In this document: positions 1 to 15,450 of the stretch, piece by piece | How positions within the stretch are numbered: position 1 is the first letter of the stretch | Layout: each line of letters begins with the position of its first letter | Source: Eledone cirrhosa | Taxonomy: Eukaryota | Direction of reading: 5' to 3' | Assembly (NCBI GenBank): GCA_964016885.1 | Contig: OZ024743.1 | Location: 349,060,001 to 349,124,000 of the forward strand | DNA length: 64,000 nucleotides | Position numbers and translations under genes: made by a program | The notes under the pieces: generated by a model | What the model was told of the DNA's origin: nothing | The model's input: the letters and a program-made list of their open reading frames with translations, nothing else | The model's database searches: none

Positions 1-13
1 CATACAGATATAT

Positions 14-64
<51 letters not shown>

Positions 65-67
65 CAT

Positions 68-248
68 ATGGTGGCTGCCAACTCGTTTTCGAGTACGGCC
101 ACTACTTTATATCCATGTAGGAGAACCCCTATCGATACGCTGAACGAGTGCAACTTTTTAGTCCAGCCAGTGACTTGAAAACTCTGGTACAAACACTACA
201 CTTGTGACAATTATAGACACATAGTGCTGGGCCCAAGGTACCATGTGA
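68..248 (-). mobile_element. 3' end of RTE-like LINE (last zinc finger + 3' UTR), inverted copy of 5045-5225
   Basis: Reverse complement aligns by eye with 5045-5225 (e.g. ggtggctgccaactcgttttcgagtacggccactactttatatccatgtaggagaacccct); its 3' end abuts a (TA)/(CA) microsatellite. Confidence 0.8.
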
Positions 249-557
249 CGACAAGTGCAGAGAGATCTTCAGATATAAAACAATGCCTGTGCCGTGAAGC
301 TTTTATAGTGAGCAAAGGGACTGCACAAAGCCAGTCCCACTCTCTTAACCAAGATGATATTTACCAAAAAGAAGAACAAGTCAACATCATTGGATACTAT
401 CAGGTTTGCATGTGTTATATCAGATTTTTTCTTCTCCTAGAATTCTGCCTTGACAAAGGCTAAGGGGTCATCTCTCCCGGTGATTTTGGATGGCCATTGA
501 CTCTTAAGAGCTCCTTTGCCCTTTGACAGGTATTGTTTTTAGTCCTGCAGGATGTCC

Positions 558-603
558 AAAGTCACCCTCCTCACCAAGAAACCTTGGTGAGGAGGGTGAC
601 TTT
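558..603. repeat. perfect 21-bp stem hairpin
   Basis: aaagtcaccctcctcaccaag-aaac-cttggtgaggagggtgacttt, directly before a microsatellite block. Confidence 0.95.
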
Positions 604-2235
<1,632 letters not shown>

Positions 2236-2239
2236 ATAA

Positions 2240-3235
2240 ATATCTAAAAATAAAAAATTGGGTATATGAAGGGTAAGGCAGAAAGTAGGGGGGAAAATAA
2301 GGAAAATAAATGACATAGGAAAAGGTTTAAATATAAGGGGAGATAAGGGAGAAAGAGAATACGAGAGTACAGAACGTGGATTCAGCAGGTAAAAAAAACC
2401 GTAGTGGAAGTAAAGAGCAGGAAAGCAGTTCAAGGTGGTTGAGTTATCGTAGGAAAGTCAATCCAGTTGCAGATCTGATGTTATTTCAGGTGAGGACAAC
2501 ATCTAAAGATCTCGGTCTTGGAGTTCAGGCAAGCAGAAGCGGCTTTCAAGTTTTGTAAAATCCTATATTTTTCCGTGGTACACAAAGAACAATTCTTTGT
2601 GCCCCTTTGGTACTCTTCGAATGGTCTAAAATAGACCAATCGATAGAGTACAGGATGTTTTTATCCTTGAATTCCCACACCTTACTTGCGAGGGCCGTTG
2701 CTGTTCTTTTATCGGAGTGGTCAAAAGAAGCGACATATGCATAAAATCTGGGTAAAATCTGTCCTGGGTCATGTCAACATATCGCTCACTCCTGGCTGGC
2801 TGGTTGTTGATTAAAGGTGTCACTTTGGCCTCATAAAGAACGGATTTGGGGTTACATTTGCCCTGTAATGGGCATTCATCCGGCTTCCTGCAACGGCATC
2901 CTGGATTTGTTCTCGTACGATTTGAATTAGTGACCTTAGACTTCATTGATGGGCAACAAGAGTAACTGATCTGAACTACATTTCTATTAAATATCTTATA
3001 ATATCTATGATTAGGAGGAAAATGTTTATCTAAGAGGTCAAGGAATTTCCTTCCTACATTAGTTTGGACAGTTAGAGAGAAGAGGGGTGTAAACCAAACA
3101 ATTTTCCTTTTCCTATTATTGTGGTTAGTTTTAGGAGGGAGGGGGAGTAGGTAAATAATTAATTTGTTCTGTAAATCCGCTGTTATTAAGGGCTTTATAA
3201 GGGGCGGCTTTATTAAAAATGCCAGAAGAGCACAC
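2240..3235 (-). mobile_element. Penelope-like element fragment: linker + GIY-YIG endonuclease (frameshifted) + 3' UTR
   Basis: ORF 2626-3237: RKRKIVWFTP..NVGRKFLDLLDKHFPP..CRCRKPDECPL (CxCx5C)..VLYEAKV..YVDMT; continues in other frames as TALASKVWEFKDKNI..CSLCTTEK..LNSKTEIFRCCPH; collinear with the 32600-33916 protein. Confidence 0.9.
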
Positions 3236-3257
3236 ACATATATATATATATATATGT

Positions 3258-3720
3258 ATATTAAAATTCAAATATTAATAAAATAAATGTTCTTGTGATC
3301 AATTAAATTTTATTATACATATTTCAGAGGTACTTGAATCAGGTTCAACAGTACGTCCTCATCAGATAAAATAAAATGATACATGACATACCTTGAGATG
3401 TTAGATGGTTAAGATTTAATCAAGGTAGTATTAAATCTTAACCATCTAACATCTCATGGTATGTCATGTATCATTTTATTTTATCATTTTATTTTATCAT
3501 TTTATTTTATCATTTTATTTTATCAACGTACTGTTGAACCTTATTCAAGTACCTCTGAAATATGTATAATAAAATGTAATTGATCACAAGAACATCTATT
3601 TTATTAATATTTGAATTTTAATATTAATAACTCTGGAAAATATTTTACTATACAGTGCTTCCAATCTACTGTAAAACTCAATCTTTGATGTAATGATTGA
3701 ATCTTGTTTAACTCTTTAAT
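3258..3720. mobile_element. fold-back element family A (PLE pseudo-LTR pair) in (TA)n
   Basis: Arms about 3258-3420 and 3432-3624 are inverted; tail 3625-3720; right arm has an (attttattttatc)n expansion replacing the CTGATGA core; same family as 28609-28765. Confidence 0.85.
3307..3372 (-). ncRNA. type I hammerhead ribozyme (family A, imperfect stem II)
   Basis: Minus strand: attttat CTGATGA ggacgtac..gtacctct GAAA tatgta TA ataaaat. Confidence 0.65.
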
Positions 3721-3735
3721 ATATATATATATATT

Positions 3736-3900
<165 letters not shown>

Positions 3901-3993
3901 ATATATATATATATATCGACAGAGTCGACAGAGTCAACACAGTCTACACCTGCTGCATCATATCCTCTGCCTCTTTCACTGGAACGTCAGTGC

Positions 3994-4290
3994 CTGATGA
4001 AGATATTACAGACTTAAGTAATCCCCAAGAAGATTGTGGACCTGATATCACTGCTCTACATCGACACCAAAGCCCAAGTTATTACACCTGATGGGATGAC
4101 GGAGTTCTTTGATATACTGGCTGCAGTGCTCCAGGGAGATACATTGGTTCCCTACCCTTTTATCATCGCAGTGGACTGTTGCGCTAGAGAAACACCAGGA
4201 CTCTGGCTTTACTATAACACCGGCTCAGAGCAGGAGAGTTAAGAGTGGATGCAGAATTTGCCGACGATATAGTTCTGGCGACAAACACAA
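3994..4290 (+). pseudogene. RTE-clade LINE reverse transcriptase fragment
   Basis: [50 protein letters not shown] and EFADDIVL motifs; contains a stop and frameshifts. Confidence 0.85.
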
Positions 4291-4856
<566 letters not shown>

Positions 4857-4857
4857 T

Positions 4858-5225
4858 GGCCTGACCTGACAGTGAGACCTGTAATAGGGTTTGTCTGAGC
4901 ATGGCAGGTCTAAAGAGTCACCTGAGAGTGCACAAGAACAGGGAAAAAAGAATCCGTGGAGCTATAAGTGTTCATCAGACGACGGCATGTGATTTTTGTG
5001 AAAGGGCATGCAGGTCGAGTAGTGATCTCACACTACACCTCGGATCACATGGTACCACGGGCCCAGCACTAGGTGTCAATAATTGTCACAAGTGTAGTGT
5101 TTGTACCAGATATTTCAAGTCGGTGGCTGGACTAAAAAGCCACACTCATTCAGCGCATAGGTAGGGGTTCTCCTACATGGATATAAAGTAGTGGCCGTAC
5201 TCGAAAACGAGTTGGCAACCACCAT
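4858..5225 (+). mobile_element. RTE-like LINE C-terminus with three C2H2 zinc fingers + 3' UTR
   Basis: ..TCNRVCLSMAGLKSHLRVH..CDFCERACRSSSDLTLHLGSH..CSVCTRYFKSVAGLKSHTHSAH*; downstream of the RT fragment on the same strand; second copy at 68-248. Confidence 0.75.
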
Positions 5226-5292
5226 ATATTTATTTAGGTTTGTTGCTTCATCTTTTCAAGGATTTACACCAGTCCAGCCTCCTGTTATGTTT

Positions 5293-5340
<48 letters not shown>

Positions 5341-5341
<1 letters not shown>

Positions 5342-6368
5342 AAGTTAATATAAATTAATATATGATAAACACATTAGTGTTTGTATTGTAAAAGACGAAG
5401 TTAGCTAGAATGAAATAAACTAATTCAAATAAATATAGTTTGCCTGTCTCGACTTAAAATAATAAATCAATAAAAACAAACCCATATTGGCAATAACCGT
5501 GATACCTGGACAAATTTAAATTTCAAAATCCAAACCTGTTCCGCAGACAAATTTGAATTTCAAAACCCAAATAAGTTTCGCAACGATAGTATAAAAAAGT
5601 GAAAAATTCCATTTTCTGTGTTCATCAACAGGTATCCAGAAAATTAGGATGTTTCACCTCGAAATATTTTTGGAGGTCTGGTGTAGCTCACTAGCTATCT
5701 CATACTCATGGCGCTAGAAATAACAGCCGTTTATATGGGATTAAAAATTAGCTCAACAAAAGGAGCCGTAATATTATATTATATTTAGAGTTATAAACTC
5801 AAACAGTCCTTTACAATTAATTAGCTCAAAGAAAGAAGCATTTCTGAGCCGTGAAATACAAGTTAATATAAATTAATATATGATAAACACATAAGTATTT
5901 GTATAGTAAAAGACGAAGTTAGCTAGAATGAAATAAACTAATTCAAATAAATATAGTTTTCCTGTCTCGATTTAAAATAATAAATCAATAAAAACAAACC
6001 CATATTGGCATTAACCGTGATTATTTTTTTATACTATCGTTGCGAAACTTATTTGGGTTTTGAAATTCAAATTTGTCTGCGGAACAGGTTTGGATTTTGA
6101 AATTTAAATTTGTCCAGGTATCACGGTTATTGCCAATATGGGTTTGTTTTTATTGATTTATTATTTTAAATCGAGAGGCAAAGTATATTTATTTGAATTA
6201 GTTTATTTCATTCTAGCTAACTTCGTCTTTTACAATACAAACACTTATGTGTTTATCATATATTAATTTATATTAACTTGTATTTCATGGCTCAGAAATG
6301 CTTCTTTCTTTGAGCTAATTAATTGTAAAGGACTGTTTGAGTTTATAACTCTAAATATAATATAATAT
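5341..6368. mobile_element. tandem + inverted repeat insertion (PLE-type pseudo-LTR arrangement) in (TA)n
   Basis: 5341-5502 is directly repeated at 5859-6020; about 6022-6365 is an inverted copy of 5341-5597 plus 5770-5858. Confidence 0.8.
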
Positions 6369-6521
6369 ATATATATATATACATATATATAAATATATAT
6401 ATACTTACATACACACACATATATATATATATATATGCATGTATATATAGTGTATTATGCAATACACTTTATGCTTAATTAAAAGCATTTCGAATATATA
6501 TATATATATAAATATATATAT

Positions 6522-6648
6522 AAAATAGCAGCCAGTTTTATTCGACATTTGAAATAGCTCCACAAATTAACGGATATATCTTTGATATATTCGGCTCCGT
6601 TAATTTGTTGAGCGATTTCAAATGTCGAATAAATCTGGCTGCTATTTT
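6522..6648. repeat. fold-back element starting at a (TA)n tract
   Basis: Inverted arms 6522-6574 and 6596-6648. Confidence 0.85.
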
Positions 6649-6993
6649 TAGTGGTGTATGTTTGTGAGACACGCTAAGATACCGTGTGCGTTAGTGTATA
6701 TAGCACACTATTCAGTGTCTTAATATACTTAGAAGTGTCTAGGATACTAATTTGTCACCCACTGAATTGCAAGAATTGGTATTTCTATGCAGAACTAATT
6801 AGTATTGCGTAACAGCACCAAGCTGTATCTGTGATTGGTAGTTACCACAATTCCGGTTTGTATTTATTTTCTTGATTTTTTCTTAAATTGAGACAGGTAA
6901 ACCTTATTGTCAATAGTTAGTATTCTTTTCACCTTAGCGAATCTGGTCCCTTGCGATTTAAACACATATATTCAATTATAATTATATATATAT

Positions 6994-7038
<45 letters not shown>

Positions 7039-7120
7039 AATATATATATACAAATATATATATATTCAAATATATATATACATATATACACGCATATATA
7101 TATATAGACGCACACATATA

Positions 7121-7154
<34 letters not shown>

Positions 7155-8754
7155 CACACACACACAAACGAACATACACACACTAACATACATATATATC
7201 TCTGATCAACGTCAACCAGCGTGAAAGAAGTAAGTGACATGGTCACTACTTTAAAACTGATAGCGTATGGTGTTCTACAGAATACTGTATGTGATTTTTA
7301 TATTTCACAAAATTATATCAAATTTTGCATCTGATCATGTCTAGCAAATCATGATGAGACCATCACACCTGAGGAGGGAGCTGTGTCAGATAGAATGCCT
7401 GTTGTAGTGGATATCGCTGCCTCTTTTTTCTGGTAACAACTTTGCCATCCTGTCCTTGGAGGCTGACTGAGATATACGAAGCAATTGCAGGTGTGGAATC
7501 TCTTCATAACTTTTCTTATGGTATAAGGGATTTTTTTTTTATCTGGTTATGTTTTTGATTTTGCTGTTTCTGCCATGATTAGAAGAAATTCGCAGTGTTC
7601 TGATCTGGTGAATAATAGACTCCACTAGGTTTAAATTTCCATATCAAAATAATTTTTTCTACTTTTGGCACGAGGCCAGCAATTAACCCAGTGTATTATT
7701 GGAGCTTTATTAACCTCTATTTGAACTCAGCCCATATCAAAATAATACCCGTAAGATTCCATCAGCAGTTCAGAAACCATGGATCAATTGATGCATATAA
7801 GGGTAAAATTGAATTTAAATTATATTCTGTTGATTTCCGTTACTGGTGTTTAGCTGCAAGTCAGATCCGATGTCAAAAATTGTGACCATTAGCATTCTGT
7901 CTTTTAAAATAAAGTTTATTTCAAACAACGTTACAAACATGTCCTTTCTTTCTTTAAAAAGGTGACATAATTCAATGTGATTTCAGAAGAATTTCGCTGT
8001 TACATCTAGGATATCTAGCGGCAAAGTGGTTATTATCTCATTGTTAGTGTGTGTATGTGTGTGTGTGTTTGTGTGTATGAACGTGTATATGAGTGTATGT
8101 GTGGGGGTGTCTGTCTGTACCCCCCCTCTCTCTCTGTGCATGTTTTGTCTGTGTACAATTCAATATTAGTACGTCATTAATTAGAAAACTTACAGACAAA
8201 TGCATACACAGAAAAATGCAAGACTTACGGACATACAAGTTGATAGGAGAGAAGGTTACACATGGAATCAGCTAATACGTCAATAGTTATTTTATGTGAT
8301 AGTCATTGATAGTGTGTGAAAGTGAATAATAATTGTATAAATAAGAGGAGTTATAATAAAAACAAAATCCATCATAAAAAAAATTATAATGAACAAAACG
8401 TTTATAGAAATCAACCTTATGGATATATGCACGCGCACACATACATGCAAATATAAGTGAAAGCTGAATGATAAATTGTTAAGAATATTTCCAGTCATTA
8501 AGTTTCGGGTTCGATACTAGTGTAAAGCATATTGGGTACTTGTCAATGTTTTCCTTTAGTCACACGTGGAACTGAACTGTGATTTTAAGCAGTAAAACGC
8601 CAACATATTAATGACTCATCTGTTAGCCACATATTTAAACAAAAAATTCATTGAATTCACGGAGTGTTCAATAAATTTGAATTTTGAAAAATAGCTTATT
8701 TGTATATTTTGTGTATATGTTAAAAAGAGAGAGAAATAAAGAGAGGGGGAGAGA

Positions 8755-8790
<36 letters not shown>

Positions 8791-8871
8791 AAGGTACCAT
8801 TAAAATGCTTCTTCTTCACCTAAAGTTGGTATGAAGTTAAATTAATTTCGTCTACGCACACATACAAATAT

Positions 8872-8942
<71 letters not shown>

Positions 8943-11233
8943 AACACACACGTACAAATAAATAAAAGTGTGCGTGTGCTAAATGGGTCTATGTGTGTAT
9001 GCGTGCAATTTTGTGTACACAAGAATTATTGGCAAAGGGATCGGAAAATAAAACAAAACTACACATCCTATTCAACACGATGAAACGTTCAATCTGGAAC
9101 TCTCGTTTGTTGTGAGTCATAGAATTTCGATGAACCATGAGGATATAATCAGTTTGCTATAAAAGCAACGCACACGCAAATAGATACATACATATCCAGA
9201 CTTACACGTTACACCATAAAAAAAATATCAAAATGATAAATAAGGAAGAAAAAGTAAGAATCAAAATAAGAAAGAAAAAGGGAAGCAGGGGAGATAATTC
9301 CCAATTGAAGTGTCATGTTGTAATTTGGCCGTCAGTTGTGAGTAATTATTGGTTTACATTCCGCCGTGTTATTGTTCAGACGTTACGGTCACAAAGATTT
9401 GATTTCAGCTGACAACTTGCCGCATTGTTCTGTTGGCGTCCTTCTCTATATACCACACACGACCATCCGCTCCCCAACTACCTATTCACGTCACCTCTCC
9501 TCGCTCATTTCACTATCATTTCATCATCGCTTCCGCCTCTTCAACTGCAAAGTCACTGTTTCAGTGATCCTGCTCCGGCACATCCAACACTCCCATCTCC
9601 CTACAAAACATTGCACACACAATGATCACTTTCACTGTGTTGCTGAAGCGTTGATTACATCTCAAGTCACTCTACAAACAGTTATCGCAGCCATATTGAT
9701 ATTACATTTTAGTTAACAGTTCCATGCTTCTATCATCGTGGCCACACTGCAAGTACTAGGGCCATCTAAAAAAATAAAATTTCTGAAAAACCCCAATTCC
9801 ACTGCTAGGTAAGTCACTAAAGCACACAACCTGACGTATTCAAACTTACCTCCCTGTAGTTTAATATTATCTCCAAGCACTTAATTAATTTCATTTATGG
9901 TGAACTGCTGCATGAAGAACACACTTTCTCTAAGTTCATGGGCTGTACATTAACACAAACGTCAGTCGAAATTCATAGGTACATCATCAATAAAACATCT
10001 TCTATGGAGCACCCTATGAAGTATTAAATATGGTTCGTTGTATTTCTTGTTATGTTGAAATAATGCGGCTATATGGCCTAGGGGGCTGAAGCATAAATAT
10101 CTCATTTAGTGACCATTTATTTTGATCATTATAATACAAAAAGGTGAAATGTAAAGTGACTCTAATATAGAAACAGGAAATTTTAGTCAACAAATCAAAC
10201 GTTATCTAATGATTCTAATATATTTAATATCTGAATTACATATAATCTGAATTACAATTAGTGTTTGATGGTACAAGTCAAAGTAAGCACTATCTACTTC
10301 ACTGTCATATTCAGTAAAGTATTTAGCTATTTCGTTAAATGAATTTTGGCATAAAATTATTGACCATGTCCAGCTTCTCTGCTCCTCAAAAATCAAAGCT
10401 CTACGCAGATAATGTAACTATATACGAAAGGATGTAGTTTGGACCGACATTCCTGTGTTGCTGATTTGTCTGCTATATATTCGTTTGTATATGAATTATC
10501 ACTTGTATTGTGAGAAACATTTCATTCCCTTGTACACACGTCGAATACTGAAAAAAACTATCAAGTCACGCTTTAGAATTGTAGATCAATTGATATTTCC
10601 TAAAAGGTATTACAAAGAAAATTCTACAACCTATAAATGCACCCTGTCGTTGAAACACATTTGCATCATGAGGCTGCTACAACACTGAAATACATTTCCT
10701 TCTAATGCGAATCTACTAGTCGAACATGCATCCCTCCAAAATAAACTTTCAATGGGTCTTTTGCTCCCGTCTAATAGTTGGTATAACGAAACTCGCAACT
10801 GAATTGGTACGATCATTACAGCGTTGGTCAAAATGTCATCTTGCCAAGATCGAGGCAAAATTTATAATTCATCTTTCGGAGGTGGATAACTAAATTAATA
10901 ATGTAGGGAGGTAAAATACCGGAATCGTTTGTGCGTTAGTCAGGATGCCATGCGGTAATGGTCCGGCCATTTGTGGTCTGATTAAAATCCCGTCATGACC
11001 TACTTTGGTTTTAGACTTAATCTGTCTCCCAGTTTAACACACACTTTACTAAACGAGAGGTGGGATTTAGTGGAGTTCCCTCAACTTCAAGCATTCGGAT
11101 CAGGTTCCTCGCTTGAGTATACATTCTTCTCACCCATCCAAACGTATCAGAATTACGTGTACGAGAGCTAAATAATAAAGGACCATTATATTTACTCTTC
11201 CACCTGAAGTAAGCAATAAAAAGCATTATTTAA

Positions 11234-11338
11234 CCGCCGAGGTTAACTTTGCCTTTCATCCTTACGGGGTCGATGAAATAAAGTACCAGTAATGCACTGG
11301 GTAATTGTTGGCCTTATGCCAAAAGTAGAAACAATTAT
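11234..11338 (+). mobile_element. SINE family 1, 5'-truncated
   Basis: ccgccgaggttaactttgcctttcatccttacggggtcgat..gtaccagtaatgcactgg..gccaaaagtagaaacaatta. Confidence 0.85.
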
Positions 11339-12059
11339 TTAAATGTAATTCCATGATAGTATATATATGGAATTTTCATCATGAAATGGTTTCAAGGTAC
11401 CATATCTTAGTTTAAGTTTGGAACCTATATTCATTGAAATTTACCAAATGTGCCATAATGTTGGATATAATCCGGAGCCACGCTGTTGGGAATAATACAG
11501 CAATATCTAAATTGACCTCCTCATTTCATAAAGTACCAAAAGGAAAGTGAAACTGGCACTTTGATTCTTATCCAGCGATGTAGGGCGCTTTTAAAACATA
11601 TGTACATGTATGTTTAAGTGGCGAATTGGCAGACTACTAAATGTCCCAGTAATAGCTCCAGCACTCTGATGTCTGAGTTAAAATCTCATCTACGTCGCAT
11701 TTTCCCATCAACAATTTGGAGTCGATAAATGAAGTACCAGTCAAGGGGCGATGGATTGGGTTCGGTAGAATCTTTAAAGTATCGAACGGATGTTGTGCGA
11801 TATTTGTTCAAATTCCAGCATTTCCGACGTTCGGCTTTCTTTACTTTTTAGAAGAGATGATGTAGACCTTCCAGGTAAGAGACATCTATGGACAGATTTC
11901 AGTTTATTAAACCTTATCTGTGATGTGTAATCTATAAAAGCATATCTGGTCAGTTGACAATGCTTTTACGCAAACAAATATATGCGGATGAATTTTTGCG
12001 AGTATAATTTATATAACTGAATTTATTCTTAAGCGAAAACAACACAAAAGGCTATTTGA

Positions 12060-13560
12060 GAGAAAAACGTAAAGCAAGCTCATTGGTTGTCGTGCTGGTG
12101 CGGGTGGTGTCGGGGATGTTAGTGGTAGATGTGATATTACTAGGGATGAATATGATGATCGCAGATGTGATGATAATGGTGGATGTGGTAGGGATTGTAT
12201 CATCTTGTGATGAGATAACGTCAAACTTTCCTTGGAATAATCTATGGCTGTATAAGATAGTAGCAGTGGTATTGTGGTCGTAGTAATGGAAGTGGTCACG
12301 ATAGGGGTAATGGTACAGGCAATAGAGGGGATAGTTACGATTGTAATGGTAGTATTAATGGTACTTGCTGGAGTGATAGGGGTAATCATCGTGGTAATTC
12401 TTATGTTAGTGTTGATGGTGATGATAATGTTAACAGTAGTTGTAGTGATGTGAAGAGACATGGCTTTGTGGTTTGGATATTTGGCTTACAAGCGTAAGAT
12501 TGTGAGTTCGATTCGTTGATCAAAACACTTTATTTCACATGCTCAAGTTCACTCAGTTGGCAGAAATTAGTTTTACCTGTAGTTCAAATGGCCAGCCCTG
12601 TCACATTCTGTGTCAAGGTGAATCTTCCTGGGAACTATATTAATTGTACGCCTGTCTGTGGAATGGTCAGTCATAAACACGTTAATTTCACGAACAGGCT
12701 ATTCCGTTGATCGGAACAACCGGAAAACTCGTTGTCGTAACCGACGGAGTGCTTTCCTGGGGTAGTGATAATGACATGGTAGTTGTAATAGTCGAATTAG
12801 TGGCCGTGGCAATGGGGTAGGTATCGTTATTAGTAGTTGGAATAGTAGTAATAATAGTAGCGTTGGTGCTTGTGGTGGTTGCAGTTGTAGTGGTGATAGT
12901 AGAGGTAATACTTATAGGATAGTGGTAATGATGATATTTGTAATCAGTTTAATGATTGTGGCAGTGTCAATAGTAGTGATAATGGTTGTGATAAAGGTAG
13001 TGATAATGGTAGTAGTAGTGATTATATTGTTAGTGATATTGATAGTTGCAGTGATTACCGTAATGGTATCGATATTGGTAGTAATAGTGATAAGGATAGT
13101 AGTCGTGATAATGGTAGTATTAGTGATAATGGTAGTGCTCGTAATAATGGCAGTAGTAGTGATAATGGTAGTGATAGTGATAATGGGGCTGGTATTGTTA
13201 GTGGTAGTGGTAAAGAGAATGGCAGTGGAATTAGTAATGTTAATTTTTGTTGACTATGATAGTGGTACTAATAATGTTAGTGGTAACTTTATTGGTTGCG
13301 TCAATACTAATAGTGTACACTATGAGTGATATAAATGGTATATATGTGCTTGAGTTTATAATCATTATAGTAGTAATATTTAGAGTTATTCTTCATGAGA
13401 GTGGAGGTAGTTGTGAAAATAATGGGGGTTGTTGTAGTGATAGTTCATGTAATAGTAATACTGGCAATATAGTGGTGTTGTTGTTAGTAGGCGTGATAAC
13501 ATTATTGATAGCAGTGGTGTCTTTGTAATGGTAGCAGTAGTTGTGGTGGTACTATTAGAA
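12060..13560. repeat. degenerate (GTA/GTG/GAT) trinucleotide low-complexity tract
   Basis: Visible triplet periodicity; gives the V/I/M-rich and T/I-rich spurious ORFs. Confidence 0.85.
12455..12755 (+). mobile_element. tRNA-derived SINE family 2
   Basis: Head with gtgagttcgattc B-box-like motif and acactttatttcac core shared with 18065-18200 and 22307-22430. Confidence 0.7.
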
Positions 13561-14317
13561 GTTTTAGCGATCGTTTTTTTCTGTGAATAAGGAGTAAGCA
13601 AAAATGTTAAATACAATTTTTCACATACATTAATTGAAGACAAGAGTGAAGAAGTCTACGAAAAACACACAACAATGCACTCAACCCATATACAATAGTT
13701 ACACTTCAAAACATTTATTTATGTATATATACACTCTTGACAGGTGCAATGTGACCAAACACGGAAGAGCTGAACTCCCACCATTATCACCCCCATCTCT
13801 CTCGCCCTCCCCATCTCTCTACATAGTGAGCAAATGGGGTCCCGCGTGTTGGTGGCCTCACAGCCCCGGCGGACAGAATGGAGAAGGCGTTTCCCTGGAG
13901 GATGGTAAGGGGGATACGCTGGAAGAGCCATTCCATCTCACGAAACTCACACCTGTGGTTGGCCTCTCAGCTCAGCGCCTATGGTGAGAACGCCTCAGTA
14001 GGGAGGTAGCCCTAGAGCCAAGGACACCAAAAGTCTCCACTGCCAAGGACACCAGAAGTCTCCACTGCCAAGGTCACGACCGCAAACTTGTCGGAGAGCG
14101 ACCGGTAGTCGGAGAGTTTCGCCTCCTCAGCCCGACGTGCAGCAGAAACTGGGTTTTAGCCAACACTGTATGTATTGATAGAAGTAAAAATCTTGAGTTT
14201 ATATACAATATTTCTGTGGATATAATAAGCAGAGTCAGCTGTGTATATATATCGATCATATGATGTGAACTCACCAGTAATAGGCTCCGATATATGAGAG
14301 CCTTTCATTATTACCCA

Positions 14318-14540
14318 GGGTGGGGGATTAGCAGTATTGTTAGAGCGTCGGACAATATATTTCGTGGCATAGAGTTATGGCCCATTACGTTCTGAGTTCA
14401 AATCACGTCGATGTTAACTTTATCTATCATCCTTACGGGGTCGATAAAATAAAGCACCAGTAATGCACTGAGGTAATTGCTGGCCTTATGCCAAAAGTAG
14501 AAACAATTAATACCCATTTGTGCCAAAAGTAGAAACGACT
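14318..14540 (+). mobile_element. SINE family 1 (diverged, 3' end duplicated)
   Basis: ctgagttcaaatc..catccttacggggtcgataaaataaagcaccagtaatgcactg..tgccaaaagtagaaac twice. Confidence 0.8.
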
Positions 14541-14660
14541 AATACCCATGCTTAAGAAAAGTTCCCTACCCTTGAACAGGTTCATCCCTCTTCTACTTAG
14601 TGTCATACTAATTTTATAGATTAAGGATGTTGCGTTGTAAAACAATTATGTATGTAATTT

Positions 14661-14850
14661 AGGGCGGTGAATTGGTAGTATCGGTAGAGAGTTGGACGCC
14701 ATGCTTTCTAGCATAGTTACGTCCCTTTACAGTCTGAGTTCAAATCCCGCCGAGGTTAACTTTGCCTTTCAACCTTACGGGGTCGATAAAATAAAGTACC
14801 AGTAATGTACTGGCTAATTGCTGGCCTTGTGCCTAAAGTAGAATCAATTA
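14661..14850 (+). mobile_element. SINE family 1, full length
   Basis: agggcggtgaattggtagtatcggtagag..GAGTTCAAATCC B box..gcctttcaaccttacggggtcgataaaataaagtaccag. Confidence 0.9.
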
Positions 14851-15303
14851 TGTATATAATTTAGATCTCCAATACATTATCATCCAATTCTGTGTAAGTA
14901 GCCTTTTTCTTTGTCTTGTCATTGTAAGCGAACTACGTGGATTTTGAACATGAATACTTCTGTTGATAAAGCCTTTTCTGCAAAGACAGATAGTAATCAG
15001 TAGCAATTTCCAAAGAAATAGTTTTTAAAACTTCAAATATTTAATCATATTTAGATAAGATTATGTAGGAATGTGTGGATCAAAACGTAAATTTAATTAA
15101 GAAAATGAGTATAATTTAATGAAATTTTGGATTTAAATCAAAGTTTCTATACATAAACTCTTAACTATGTTATCTTATATGAAATTTATTCACAAATACC
15201 TTGTAGGGTATCATCAATAGATTTCCTGTTGTTTACTTGTTTATATATTTTATCGTATCCACTGTGTGCTTAAATGAGATTGTTTATTTTCTGGTGTGCT
15301 TAA

Positions 15304-15341
<38 letters not shown>

Positions 15342-15384
15342 GGAGAGAGAGAGAGAGAGTGAATACCTGTGTATATCTACGTAT

Positions 15385-15450
<66 letters not shown>

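Noticed and set aside
3990-4010. CTGATGA motif (also 17808-17820 on the minus strand)
   Set aside because: Both fall in RT coding sequence (LMK; FADD-like) with no stem II, GAAA or stem I.
4901-5164. Possible host C2H2 zinc-finger gene
   Set aside because: No TGEKP linkers; it lies downstream of an RTE RT and has a dispersed 3' copy at 68-248, so it is better explained as a LINE C-terminus.
12009-13643. Hydrophobic V/I/M-rich and Thr-rich ORFs resembling membrane or mucin proteins
   Set aside because: They arise from a degenerate trinucleotide repeat that is interrupted by a SINE.
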